DNA of 47,616 nucleotides from Malacoraja senta (lineage: Eukaryota), in assembly GCA_038087875.1 (NCBI GenBank), contig JAXLNO010005981.1:62001-109616 (forward strand). The letters are read 5' to 3'. Below the pieces are notes generated by a model that saw only the letters and a program-made list of their open reading frames with translations, ran no database searches and was not told the origin of the DNA. Position 1 is the first letter of the stretch, and each line of letters begins with the position of its first letter. Shown in pieces: positions 24,513-36,062 of this stretch. Made by a program: the position numbers and the translations under genes.

Positions 24513-25457
24513 TCAGCTATCAATTACTCCCCTTCCTCGTCGTAGCTCTTCAGACGCAGCTGGAGGCATCTTGAGGACTGTTAAAAAATCGAAAGTTACC
24601 ATTGAAAAGCCGAATACGCAATCTAGCTGGTGATAATAGAGCTGGGCGCAGTTTTTCTTATACAAATCAGACATTACATTATAAAAAGTCTTTCTTATTT
24701 CCAAAAGCTCGTAACTATAATCAGGGACAAACTGAAACTTACATCCTTCATATTCAACCACACCAAACTTTTTTGTTGCCTGGAGAATATTCTTCTTCAT
24801 TTGAAAAAAATGAAACCGAATGATCAAGTGTCTCGGTTTATTACCGGATCTCTTCCCAATCCTGTGTGCCTTCTCCAGGAACGGAAGGTTTTCATTGTGC
24901 TCAATGTTGAATGTTTCCTTTATCATTTTAGAAGCATATTTTATAACGTTATCTCCTTCTTGGCCTTCCGGCAAACCAACAATTCGTAAATTCAAACGAC
25001 GGCTTCTGTTTTCTAAGTCCATATTTTTAGACCTGTATTGCTGAAGTGCTCGAGTGTTTTCATTCATTCTCCGTTCCAATTTTTCAATCTTCAAATCTCT
25101 CTCCTGTCCCAGGGTGCGCAAGATATCAATTTGATCCTTTTGTTCACGAAGTTCATCTTGTAACAAAGACAGTTTTCCTTGGACTTCCTTCAATTTGGTC
25201 GAAACTCCTTTCACCATTTCTTCCAAACTGCCAAATCTTGTTTTCATTTCATTTTTCAGCTCATTTTTCAATTCATCGTTCATTTTCGATATTGCTTCTA
25301 TGATGCTGGAATCAGAAGCTACAGCTGTGGTTGTGGCTTTCCCCAGTTCCTTCTTTGGGGATCCTCCTTTCCTTCTTGTCTCCATGCTTTTCACGATTAA
25401 GGCGTGTAAAAGTGTTATCAACACTTTATGAACAGTTAGACGGTGTCTTGAAGTCAA
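24513..25457 (-). CDS. L1 ORF1p (coiled coil + RRM), near intact
   Basis: 314-aa ORF with heptad-rich N-terminal half, DLENRSRRLNLRIVGLPEG and AHRIG...PRHLIIRF motifs. Confidence 0.88.
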   Translation of the reverse strand: MTSRHRLTVHKVLITLLHALIVKSMETRRKGGSPKKELGKATTTAVASDSSIIEAISKMNDELKNELKNEMKTRFGSLEEMVKGVSTKLKEVQGKLSLLQDELREQKDQIDILRTLGQERDLKIEKLERRMNENTRALQQYRSKNMDLENRSRRLNLRIVGLPEGQEGDNVIKYASKMIKETFNIEHNENLPFLEKAHRIGKRSGNKPRHLIIRFHFFQMKKNILQATKKFGVVEYEGCKFQFVPDYSYELLEIRKTFYNVMSDLYKKNCAQLYYHQLDCVFGFSMVTFDFLTVLKMPPAASEELRRGRGVIDS

Positions 25458-26079
25458 ATAGTCACCAGTAACATTGAAAGAGTGGTCAGTGGAAGCTAAA
25501 AGTTAAGGGAGCAAACGAGTTTGCAACCTTACAGCATGCTGCCTTACACAAGGAGAGTCTAGTTATTGACATGTTATTGATGTTCATGATTATTCTGTTC
25601 TTTGTGCCTGGCCATTTTGACTTTGTCACATTTTACTTGGTTTATGATATTGTACAAGATTTGCAATCACACCTCCCAATTGACTAAAATTATCCCAATT
25701 AACTAAATGCCTACTATGGCATTTAACTTATTGCATTATATTCAGTGCAGGGTAGAAGCTGCAGTTTTTTTAAAAAGGGCAAGTTTGTATTACATACTAT
25801 GTGGTGTGTGCCTGGAAAGCACTGCCAGGGATGGTGGCGTCTGGGGTGCACCTTCGTGGTGCATGGAGATGGAGGGGTTTGAGGGACATGAATCATTTGC
25901 AGGCAGATGCTGCCTAACTGGTGTCTGTCTGACTGATCTGGAGGGATCTGATGGTCAGGCAGGGAATATTTCCAGTGACCCAATGGTGCTGAGTTCGCTG
26001 AATTTTACGGTGAATGGGAATGCCCCTGTAATAGAGGAACAGGTCCTTTGTCCAACAACGTTTGTGCTGAACATGACGC

Positions 26080-26600
26080 AACCTGAGGCAGAGTGGCGCT
26101 GCTGATAGAGCTGCTGCCTCAGTGCGTCATAGACATCAGTTCAATCCTAACCTCGGTTGTCGGCTGTGTGAAGTTTGCATGTATTCCCTATGACCGCATG
26201 GGTTTCCACTGTCCTCCAGTTTTCACACACATACTAAAGATGCCAGGTTTTATGGGTTAATTGGTCTCTGTAATTTGACCCTAGTGTGGAAGCGAAAGTT
26301 AGATAACATAGAACTTGTGTGAACGGAACTATTTGAAGGAGTATTGAGTTTTTTGTTTAGTTTAGAGAGAGAGCATTGAAACAGACACTTCGGCCCCACT
26401 GAGTCCGCACCAACCAACGATCACCCACATAAGCTAGGGACACAAGTCAATTAACCTACAAACCTGCACATCTGTCTTTGGAATGTGGGAGGAAACTGGA
26501 GCACCTGGAGAAAACCTATGCAGTCACAGGGAGAAGGTACAAATTCCGTACAGACATCACCCGTGGTCAGGATCAAACCCAGGTGTCTGGCGCTGTGCCT
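26080..26600. mobile_element. Two HE1-type SINEs in opposite orientation (~26080-26330 on +, ~26355-26600 on -)
   Basis: SINE head gatagagctgctgcctc..gttcaatcc, followed by a reverse copy with (gttta)n tail. Confidence 0.7.
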
Positions 26601-26730
26601 TTATATCTGGAAGGAAGATGTTATGTGGGATGAATCAACAGTTAAAGTGAATAAACTAGTTGCATCTTTCTGAGTTCTGTTCTCTGCTATGCCATTTCTT
26701 TGTTGTCTAATATTTAATTTCCCTCCTCAG

Positions 26731-26771
26731 ATTATCAAAATATTCAACCAAAGCAGAACGTGCACTGCTAA
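26731..26771 (+). CDS. Terminal cytoplasmic exon of the MHC class I-like gene (DYQNIQPKQNVHC*)
   Basis: Strong acceptor atttaatttccctcctcag|. Phase 1 matches the TM exon (G+AT = Asp). Stop TAA at 26769-26771, with AATAAA at 26823 and 26873. Lies in unique sequence. Confidence 0.75.
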
Positions 26772-26822
26772 CCAATCGCTGAGTAGAAGATTTCATGGAT
26801 GTGATTAAAATGCAGGAACTGA

Positions 26823-26878
26823 AATAAATGGAAAGAGTTAAATTAAGTTTATCAAACATGACAGAAATTCTCAATAAA
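26823..26878 (+). terminator. Two AATAAA polyadenylation signals of the MHC class I-like gene
   Basis: aataaa at 26823-26828 and 26873-26878, ~50 and ~100 nt after the stop codon. Confidence 0.55.
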
Positions 26879-27749
26879 CTGCCCTGCATTTGTACAAATT
26901 AGAGCTATCTAGCAATTTATGTTGATAACAGCTGATATGACTGATGCCTCAACTCCTTTACTGTGCTTATTCCACATAAGACACAATTCCCTGTTCTTTT
27001 AGAATATATCCACGCATTATCCATCAATTCACCACCACATCATGCCTCTTTAATACATTCATAAGGTTAACTCTGTTTCTTGTCATCTCCAAGGGACACA
27101 GAACCAGTGATTTCAGCCATTCATGGTTAGGTAACACTTGCTTATTCCAGAAATCTCTTCTAGCTGATATGCAATATTAATATATCCTTTCTTAAATTTG
27201 AGGACCAAGCTGTGCACAGTGCTCCTGATATGTCCTCAGCAACATCATGTACCATAATTACAATAGTAACCTACCTTTGAATGCTAATCACCTTCTGAGT
27301 TGTGTGCTGCATCTACCTGCTGGCTTTTTGTTTTGCACTTTAAGCACTTGAATCTCTTGTACTCCACTCATTTGCAATCTCACTCCATTTAGATAATAGC
27401 TTCCTTTGAATTGCTCTTACCAGAGTGTGTGAGCACATATTTTCCATTATTAAACTCCATTTGCCATGTTTATGTTCATCTAACAAAGAGTCATAGAGCC
27501 ATATAGCATGGAAGTAGGTACTTCAGCCTAATGCTCCAAGCTGAACAAGATGCTACATCTAGGTTAGTCACATTTGCCAGCGTTTGGCCCACTTTCCTCT
27601 CAACATGTTCTATCCATGTACCTGTCCAAGTGTCTTTTCAATGTTGTTATTCTGCCTTCGCTGGCAGCTCATTCCATACACCCAGTAACCTCTTCGTAGA
27701 AAAGGTTGCCTCTCAGGTTCCTACTAAATCTTCCTCCTCACCTTAAACC

Positions 27750-28383
27750 CAGGGGTGCAGTGCTGCCGGAGCTCACCTGAGCACCGATCCGGCACATCTG
27801 TTAAAGAAAAAATAAACAGGGTGGAATTTTAACTAGCGGATGTGTGGTCGGGGTAACCTGATTAAAAGAGGGGTAAGGGGAAGATCCATCACTACTGAGG
27901 TTCCCTGCAGGAGGAGGGGAACACTATGATGCAGCAGAGACAGACCATGTGATGTGTGCATCGTTTGTGGTTGTGGGCCTGGAGCTGAGCCTGGAACTCT
28001 GGTGGGTGGGTGTGTAGGTGAATGGGTGTGAGGGTGAGAGTGTGTGTGTGTGTGTGTGTGTGAAGGCCCAGAGCTGTGGGATAGTCAGGGTGAGTCGGTG
28101 TCTTGCCGGCACCTCTGTAAAAATACATGATAACAGTCTTTTTCTTTACTTGCTTCATAATTATATTTCATGATAATCAGTGAGTGCAACCGTGCAATAT
28201 TTTGTCATAATTAAATTATGTATTATATGTTTTAAAGTACTAGCTATACACTGGGATGTAGTAATAGGCTATAATCTTGTTTGACCCTCTAGGGAGACTA
28301 GCTTGCCCCCCCCCCCCCCCAGCAAAATCTGAAATGCCCCTGTTTGACAGCTCCGACACCTAAAAAATTAGCATTGAACACTG
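27750..28383. mobile_element. Non-autonomous hAT MITE inserted in a CR1 remnant
   Basis: 8-bp TSD cttaaacc at 27742-27749 and 28384-28391. Imperfect TIRs cagggg../..aacactg. Internal (gt)n and poly-C. Confidence 0.6.
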
Positions 28384-29215
28384 CTTAAACCTGTTTTTGC
28401 TGGTTCTTGATTACCCTACCCTGGGTAAAATAAATCCTGATCAATCGCCCTCATGATTTTAGAAAGCTCTCTAAGCACCAATTAAATGGTTTCAATTATA
28501 GATAGAGTAAGACTTTGTGGTTATTTCCAACAAGAATTTTAGACTAAAGAAAGGCCAGTGGAAGTACTTGGTCAAACAGCATCTGTGGAGGCAAATGACA
28601 TATACCAACATTTCAAGGCAAGGCACTGCATTAGAATTGAAGGAGAGGATGGGAAGATTCCAGCAGTTTGAAGGAGGAATGGGGCAGAGGCTGGTATGTG
28701 GCAGGTGGAATAGTAAGATTAAACGAGAACTTACCAAGTTTGAAGTTTGATCTTTATTTTATGAGGAGTAACGTTGAGGGATTACGTGAAGAAGCCCCGT
28801 CCAGCCGCACACGCGTCAATCTTTCAAAGCAGCGGAGTGACAATCACAGACGATAATTACTGAAGTATGATAGTAAGATGCATAAAGACTTAGAACTACC
28901 AGCTTGATCCTTTTATGAGGGTGGGAGCGGAGGGCACGTAATCCCTCAACGTTACTCCTCATAAAATAAAGATCAAGCTTCAAACTTGGTAAGTTCTCGT
29001 TTAATCTTACTATTTTACTTCGGAGTCACGTGAGTGACTACGTGAAGATTTCAAAGCTCTGTGATTTCACACCGTGGATTCAAATCCAGGTGTTCACTGC
29101 ATCGATTGACTCTATTTGAGTAAGCACAATCAACAATGCATAACCACAACATTTGAATGTAATCAGTTAATGGTTTTATTTATTTTAATAAAAGTAACAA
29201 AATTAGGCCCATTTA

Positions 29216-30211
29216 TTATAATGGGGGATTTAATACTGTATCCAGCACAGCATTACCAAACCCTCTGAGATCTTTAATCTCCTTGTGGTAATACTTGTGA
29301 AACATCTGTTCACTTGCCCATCCTGCGGCCATGAGAATAAGGTCTATTAGCACGTCTGAATCCCTGGCCGCTGATGTTGATGCCGCCCTGGTGGAATGAG
29401 ATTTAAATTTATCAGTATCAATACCTGAATATCTCAACACCTGTTTCAACCATCGTGAAATTGTTTGTGTTGACACTTTCTTATGAGGCTTTTTATGACT
29501 AATAAAAAATGCCAATTCGGCGCCTCTTAAAACTTTTGTTGTTTCTATGTAACATTTCACATATGTTACTACACACAGTCGTGAATCTGTAGGATATGCT
29601 AAAAATTCCAACTTGCATCCTGTGAACCCAGGTCTACTTTGCTTCAGTAAATCATAGACATAGAATGTCACGGCATTTTGCCCTACTTTCATTCTATCAA
29701 TTCTGAGTTTCTGTAATGTGTGAACTCTCTGTGCTGAAACTAATGCCATGAGCATAACCAATTTCATGGTAATTTTGGATAATGACAGAGTTTCAACTGG
29801 ATTCCAATTCCTTAGGAACATCAGTACATCTTTTACATTCCAAATTTCTGTATACCTGGGTCTGGGAGGATTAGAGTTGAAAATTTCTTTCATAAACCTA
29901 CAGACCCAAGGATGTGCTCCAATTGGAGTTTGTTCTGATTCACTGCTTAAATATGCAGAGAGTGCACTTCGTGCAGTATTAATTGCACTATAACTTAATT
30001 TCAATTCATAGTGTAGAGTTGAAAGAAACTCTATTACATCTGAAATTTCTGCTGTGTTATATGCAATATTCTTTCCTGAACAAAACACCTCCCATTTCTT
30101 TATATATGAAATGTACTGCTTCTGGGTACTATTCCTCCAGGCTGCTGTCATAACATCCACCGTACGGTCTGATAATCTTTTTCCAAGATATGGCCTTCTT
30201 AGAATCTGCAA
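29216..30211 (-). CDS. DIRS tyrosine recombinase (331 aa, open frame)
   Basis: Catalytic-type motifs SAQR, KQSRPG, HSTRAAS and AGW...FHKYY. Confidence 0.9.
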   Translation of the reverse strand: MQILRRPYLGKRLSDRTVDVMTAAWRNSTQKQYISYIKKWEVFCSGKNIAYNTAEISDVIEFLSTLHYELKLSYSAINTARSALSAYLSSESEQTPIGAHPWVCRFMKEIFNSNPPRPRYTEIWNVKDVLMFLRNWNPVETLSLSKITMKLVMLMALVSAQRVHTLQKLRIDRMKVGQNAVTFYVYDLLKQSRPGFTGCKLEFLAYPTDSRLCVVTYVKCYIETTKVLRGAELAFFISHKKPHKKVSTQTISRWLKQVLRYSGIDTDKFKSHSTRAASTSAARDSDVLIDLILMAAGWASEQMFHKYYHKEIKDLRGFGNAVLDTVLNPPL

Positions 30212-30254
30212 ATCAACAAACCAATACGATTATGTAAAGGATGTGATTCATTAG

Positions 30255-32186
30255 TCACAGGGTGTACAAGCAGTTTAATCTGCTTTGGAATAACCATAAG
30301 GGTTTTGGTTTTTTTTCCCCCATTTTTAACACCAGTGGGTACCACACCTGTGTAGGCCAATCTGGTACTACCAAAATCCCTGAGGCTGAATCTTGTTTAA
30401 TTTTCTGTATGCATTTGTGGATTAAACAAAATGGTGGAAACGCATACAGAAACATACCACCCCAATGTAGCGAGAAAGCATCCACCACTACTGCACCAGG
30501 ATCAGGTTCCCATGACACATACTTAGGCAACTGGTGGTTCAATCTTGATGCAAACAGATCAATTTCTGGCATTCCAAATTGTGTGATAATTTGTGTGAAT
30601 ATTTTCCGATTTAACATCCATTCTGTATTATCATTAAATTTATGTGATCTTTTGTCTGCAATTGTATTAATTTTTACCTGGTAAATATTGCTGACAGACA
30701 CATTTTTCTGGCAATACCCCAGGTCCAAATTTCATTTGCCAATTTATCACATGATTCTGATTTTATACCACCCATGTGATTTATGTATGCTACAGCTGTA
30801 GTATTGTCAACCTGTACCTGAACATGCACATTTCCCATATCAGTGCAATAAGCTCTAAGGCCGTAAAATGCGCCTAATAGCTCTAGGTAATTGATTCCCA
30901 GTTTTTCCAGCAAAGGTACTTCATTCACATTCCACCTACCTCCACAGCTGGAAATCATGTTAGTAGCGCCCCAACTCAGCGCACTTACATCAGTCTGTCG
31001 AGTGACGGAAGGTGTTTCTACCAGAACTTTTCTGGAAGCATTAGAAACATTGTTAATCCACCATTCTATTTCTGTAATGGATTGAATTGTTAATTTCATG
31101 GGCCTATCAAAATGCCCTCTATTCATTTTTAACGCTTGTACCTTAGCTCTCTGTAAACATTGATAATGCAATGGTCCAAACGTGACCGCTGGAAACCCTG
31201 CAATGAATTTGCCTAGCAAGCTTGCCACTTCTCTAATTGAAGATGTGTCCTCGTTAATGAGTTTTATGCAACCTTCAATTAACTGCAGCTTTTTATCTTT
31301 TGGCAAAGTGATTACCATGTGTTCGGAGTTAATTGTGAACCCTAGGTAATCAATCTTTTTGCTTGGTAACAATTTAGATTTTTGTAGGTGAATAATGAAA
31401 CCTAATTTCTCAAAATGTATTTGACTGGATACTGACAATTTTGCAGCAGCCAAAGTGTCCCCTACAATGAGGATATCATCTAAATAAGCCATTAATACAT
31501 GGCCCTCAGCTCTTAACAGAGCTAAAATTGGTTTGAGCAATTTAGTGAATAATCTTGGTGCTGAAATCAGACCATTGGGCAATGCTTTAAATTGCCATAA
31601 CTGACTCATCCATCTAAATTTCAAATATCTTTGATCATTACCATGCATTGCCACAGAATAATATGCATTTTGCAGATCTATGCTTGCCTTGTAGCAATTC
31701 TTTGTGACTAGCTAAATGGCATTAGTAAATGTTTCCATTTTGAAATGTTTCTATTGTACATAAAGGTTAAGATTTGTCAGATCGGAAATGATTCTACGTC
31801 CACCATCCCTTTTCTAGGAGAATATTCCTAGGAGAATATTTGACACAAACTGATGGTGTTGTTCTACTGACATTTATATCATCCTTTTCTGAATAACATT
31901 TTTCAATTCTCCTTTCATCAACCCATTCTCTTCCTTTGAAAAAAATCTGTGACCAGTTTGAATTATGCTGAATTGGAGGATCCAAAAGTGGAGAGAACTC
32001 AATTTTGAATCCAACAATGCTACATAGAATAAATGAATCATTTGTTATTGATTGCCATTCTTTTAGGAAGAATCGTAACCTTCCCCCTATTTGTGAGTGT
32101 GAAACATTTGTTGTGTTTCTTACCAGACCAAGGCCCCTAACCTCGGGGTTTGCCACCGGCAGTTGTTGTCCCCTTCTAGTAGGCAC
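30255..32186 (-). pseudogene. DIRS RT / RNase H / adenine methyltransferase ORF, frameshifted
   Basis: RT motifs LPNGLISAPRLFTK and AYLDDILI. RNase H motifs TDVS...WG, INYLELLGA and VDNTTAVAYINHMGG. MT motifs IDLFAS and YAFPPF. Split over ORFs 31794-32186, 30674-31654 and 30255-30728. Confidence 0.88.
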
Positions 32187-34945
32187 ATTGTAACCTCCAC
32201 GTATCCTCGGTGCAGCATGTCAACGTGTATATGAGAATGATAGGATTGTTCCTTCTCCAGCACCACATTTCGCCTGTAGGGATACTGCCTTCTCACCGCT
32301 CTGCTCAGCATAGGTGATCCTTTAGTTTCTTTGTTAGATTTTCTCCAAAACAGATTTAGGCATTTGTATATTGGATGATTTGCAGAGCCTGCATACTTAG
32401 GATGAATATTTGGTCTTATTGCATTTTTATGAATACAATTTATTTCAAAGTGCGCACTACACATGAGTGCTAAGGCATTTTGTTGTGAATACGATATATA
32501 ACCTTCATCCAAACCACTGACCCCAGAAATTTCAGCACTTGTGTAATTTCAATTCTTGTGAGCGTAAACCACTGCTCAAATTACCCATATCAAGTTTATT
32601 CACTGCTGTAACTGCTACAATTTCCCGGGTCTCATATTTTTTTTGTCTCATCCATGGTTAATTCCTGGGGCTGATGGGAGAGTAGATAATTTATAGTCAT
32701 AGCTATTTCCTCTCTCAAAGGTTCCCCTGTTACTCTGGGAACAGCAAAGTTTTGTGCCAGCCTTGGAACATTTGTGGCTCTGATAATGGGCTCTGGTCCT
32801 CATTTAAATCATCATCTAAATTTAAATATTCATTTTTATGTTGGGTAATTTCTGGCTCCCCTGTTTCAGGTAAGTCTCTGCCAGATTCCCCCTGCTCGGG
32901 CTCTCTTGTAGGCCCACGGACAGGCAGCCCTGCTTCAGGTGCTGCTGGCGCTGGCTCAATTCTAGACCAACGCTTCATTATTTTTACTCTTTATATTTGT
33001 CGGTGCTGGCACATTTATCATTGCACGTTTGTGCTGCCTTTAGTTCAGGCATTTCTAGTACTGGCTCTCCAATAGGCCAACACATAACTTGCCTTTTTTA
33101 TGGCATTTTGGGGCACTGGCTCTCCTGTAGGCCAACCTCTTTAATGTTTCTGCACAGGCACTGATGGCTCTCCTGTAGGCCACCCTTGTGCCTGTTCCAA
33201 GGCACCTCCTGTGCTATACTTCATTGGCCAACACCGACTTAAATCCTCCTGTGGGGGTTCTTTACAAATCATCTGCCCCATAAGGAGTTATAATGTTTTT
33301 GACCCTTGCAGTGTAATACTCTTTCCTGCCTGAGGAGGGCATACCTCCGGGTCTGACTCATCCGAGTCTACAGGTCGGGCCGATTTTTGCCTTGCGCCCG
33401 CCCGCGGCGGTTTAACGCACATTCGACCACAACTGGAGTTAATGGCTTCGCTGCCACTGACTCCCCTGACTGACGCCCGCTACCCTTAGGATCTGGGGTT
33501 TTACTACAGTGCGTCCCTGGCCGCCTCTCCTTCCCATTTCTCCATAATAAACTTGTGTGGAGTTCCACCAAACAAGTCTAAACGGGAAGGAAACGCTCCT
33601 GTAAGTGAAAAGTAACCCACTTACCTTCCGACTTTTGTTTTACTCACCGGCTGGAGGAGCTCCTGCTCCTCCACACACGGTCATGAACGCTATGCGTCTG
33701 ATCGATAATGACGCGTGTGCGGCTGGACGGGGCTTCTTCACGTAGTCACTCACGTGACTCCGAAGTAAAATCAGCTGGGGAGGGGATGATGGGCAGATGG
33801 AGCAAAGTTGGTGTATGGGTGGTTGTGGGAGAACAAATGAACACCAGTGGTATGGATAAGCTGAAATGTGAAAACTTTATATTCATATAAAGTTACCCAG
33901 GTGGATTATCAGATATTTTACTTAAAACTTTCTGTGCCCAAGGTTAACGACAGATGGGTCAGTGTGTGAGTGGGAAGGGGTATTAAAATACCATACAACA
34001 GATCTCAGGATGATCTTTACTTCAAAGGGATGTGCTGTACAAAATGGTTGACATCTAAGCTAGTTTCTCCACAGTGTGAGCAATGATTGCAGTATAGAAA
34101 GTTGAAAGAGATGCAAGTGAACCTCTGTCTCATTTGAACAGTTTATTCTCCTGTTGTTCACCTCTTCCTCCTCCTCTCCTACCTGTTTCCATCCACCCAT
34201 TATCCTCTCCCCACCTGGTTCTACGTTTGATCTACCAGCCTCTGTCCTATCCCTCCCTGATTGCTATATATTGGCAATTCATCCTCTTCCCTCACAGGTC
34301 TGGTGCAGGTTCTTGACCCTATTTGTGACATCAACCATTTGTCCCAATAATTTTGCTTGAGCCATTGAATGCTTTCAGTCTTCTGTTTTTAGTTGCTGAT
34401 TCCATTAGCTACAGTCATTATTGGATAGAATATATTTTGTTTTAACACTGCATTTAGTCTGAGACACAGCACCAATAAATGTTGTTACATAACGCTTGGT
34501 TATTTGATGTCAAAAGTCTTGATTGTTTGTACTTTGTACATTTCTAATCTAATGCAAAGAATTTATCATCCATATGAATATAAAATTGTCCACAGTGACT
34601 GGTGGCACAGTGATCAAGTTCATTTTATGTGGCTCATTTGGTACAAGTTCTGCTCTTGAGATTTCACCTAATAATAGTTGCCTGTAGAATGTGTTTGATG
34701 AATAGACCATTGCGTATAAGATTTTTGGAAATAGCTTGGCATGAAATCCAAGTAAACACATTGGATTGCACCCTGTTTTATAGTGGCTTCATGTTGCCAA
34801 GTAAAGGCAAGATATATGGAATATGCAAGATATAATATGAAAGATATAATATGCAAGGCGCAAAATTAAATTGTTGTTAAGAAAATGTAAGGCCTCCATT
34901 TATTTGCAACAGCATCAATCACAGTTATCTTACGTCAAAGTTGAT

Positions 34946-34957
<12 letters not shown>

Positions 34958-34989
<32 letters not shown>

Positions 34990-36062
34990 TTTTTTATTTT
35001 TTAGAAGTACGGTAGCTTACAGTAATGTACAACACGTATATATTAATACATTTTTTGTACCGCTTCACTTTTTTAAACTTTAAGAAAGAAAAAGAAAGAA
35101 GTAAGAAAAGTGAAGAAAGTGCACAAAGGTTGTGAAGTGCAAAAGAGTGTTGGGAAAAGAAAGCCCCTTAGAAAAGAAGTTAGAGAAGGAAGTAAAGTTA
35201 GAAAATAGACCCTAGAAAAAAAAAGAGAAAGAAAGAAGGAACAATCGCTCTATTATAATTCTTATACCATACTTCATAGAGAAGGAACTACCAACCAAGT
35301 CTGTTTTTATTTTACCTCCCATTACCAGGTCCAGATACCTTTTATTTATTTATTTGTTTTTCTAAATTACTATTGCACCTCATGCTTGTAATAGGTCCAA
35401 AAACGTAGACCACGTCTTTTGAAATTGATCTACTTTGCCTACTAGGAGGAATCTCATCTCTTCCAGATGTAATGTTTCCAACATATTTGATGTCCACATT
35501 TTTATTGTTGGTGTGGGCGCATTTTTCCAGAATTTAAGTATAAGCTTTTTTCCCATTATTAGCCCATAATTGAGTAAATTCTTTTGATACACGTTTAATT
35601 CAGGAATACCTTCCGATATTCCAAAAATAATCCTTCCGACTTACTAGATGAAGCAATGAAGACAAAGGCGGAATCAGTTAATTTAATATCATACTTATAT
35701 AATATCATCTTAAATATAGAAATACCCACAACAGATGGAATTAGAAGAGATTGGGAACAAGATCTAGGTATAAAAATTTCAAAAGAGAGTTGGGATAATC
35801 ATTTATTACAGGTGCATAAATGCTCGATCAACGTACGACATACGCTTATCCAATTTAAAACATTACATAGATTATATTATTCAAAAACCAAACTAAATAA
35901 AATCTTTCCTAACGTCTCACCAATCTGTGATAAATGTATATGTCAAGAAGCTACCATAGCACATTCTTTTGTTTTTTGTACAAAAATCCAAAAATTCTGG
36001 TTTGAAATATTTGATATTTTTTCAAAATTAATCAAAATAAAACTGGTACCAAAACCAGAATG
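34958..36062. mobile_element. L1 insertion with 5' inversion (twin priming): 3' part on the minus strand 34958-35633, inverted part on the plus strand 35632-36062
   Basis: Poly(T) at ~34952-35003. Both halves nearly identical to the L1 at 1921-3871. 15-bp TSD gattttgtatttttt at 34943-34957 and 36063-36077. Confidence 0.93.

Larger units (their letters stand above)
19660..25510 (-). mobile_element. Near full-length L1 LINE (ORF1, spacer, frameshifted ORF2 EN-RT), containing an assembly gap and a nested insertion
   Basis: ORF2 starts at ~23926 (MDKVTNFLSWNVNGLNHPIKR). APE endonuclease motifs NVYAPN, MGGDFN, SRIDYF and SDH; RT motifs YRPISMLNVDFKILSK, QGCPLSPLLF and YADD. T-rich tail at ~19660-19740. 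Confidence 0.92.
28712..33771 (-). mobile_element. Structurally complete DIRS1-type tyrosine-recombinase retrotransposon (~5.06 kb)
   Basis: 36-bp ITRs at 28783-28818 and 33709-33744. The ICR at 28935-29048 is complementary to both termini (28709-28788 and 33735-33771). Order gag-RT-RNaseH-MT-YR. The flanks rejoin at a shared AAT. Confidence 0.95.

Noticed and set aside
27892-28158. Possible leader exon or ORFs near the (gt)n tract
   Set aside because: They lie inside the TSD-bounded MITE and have no convincing splice/Met context.
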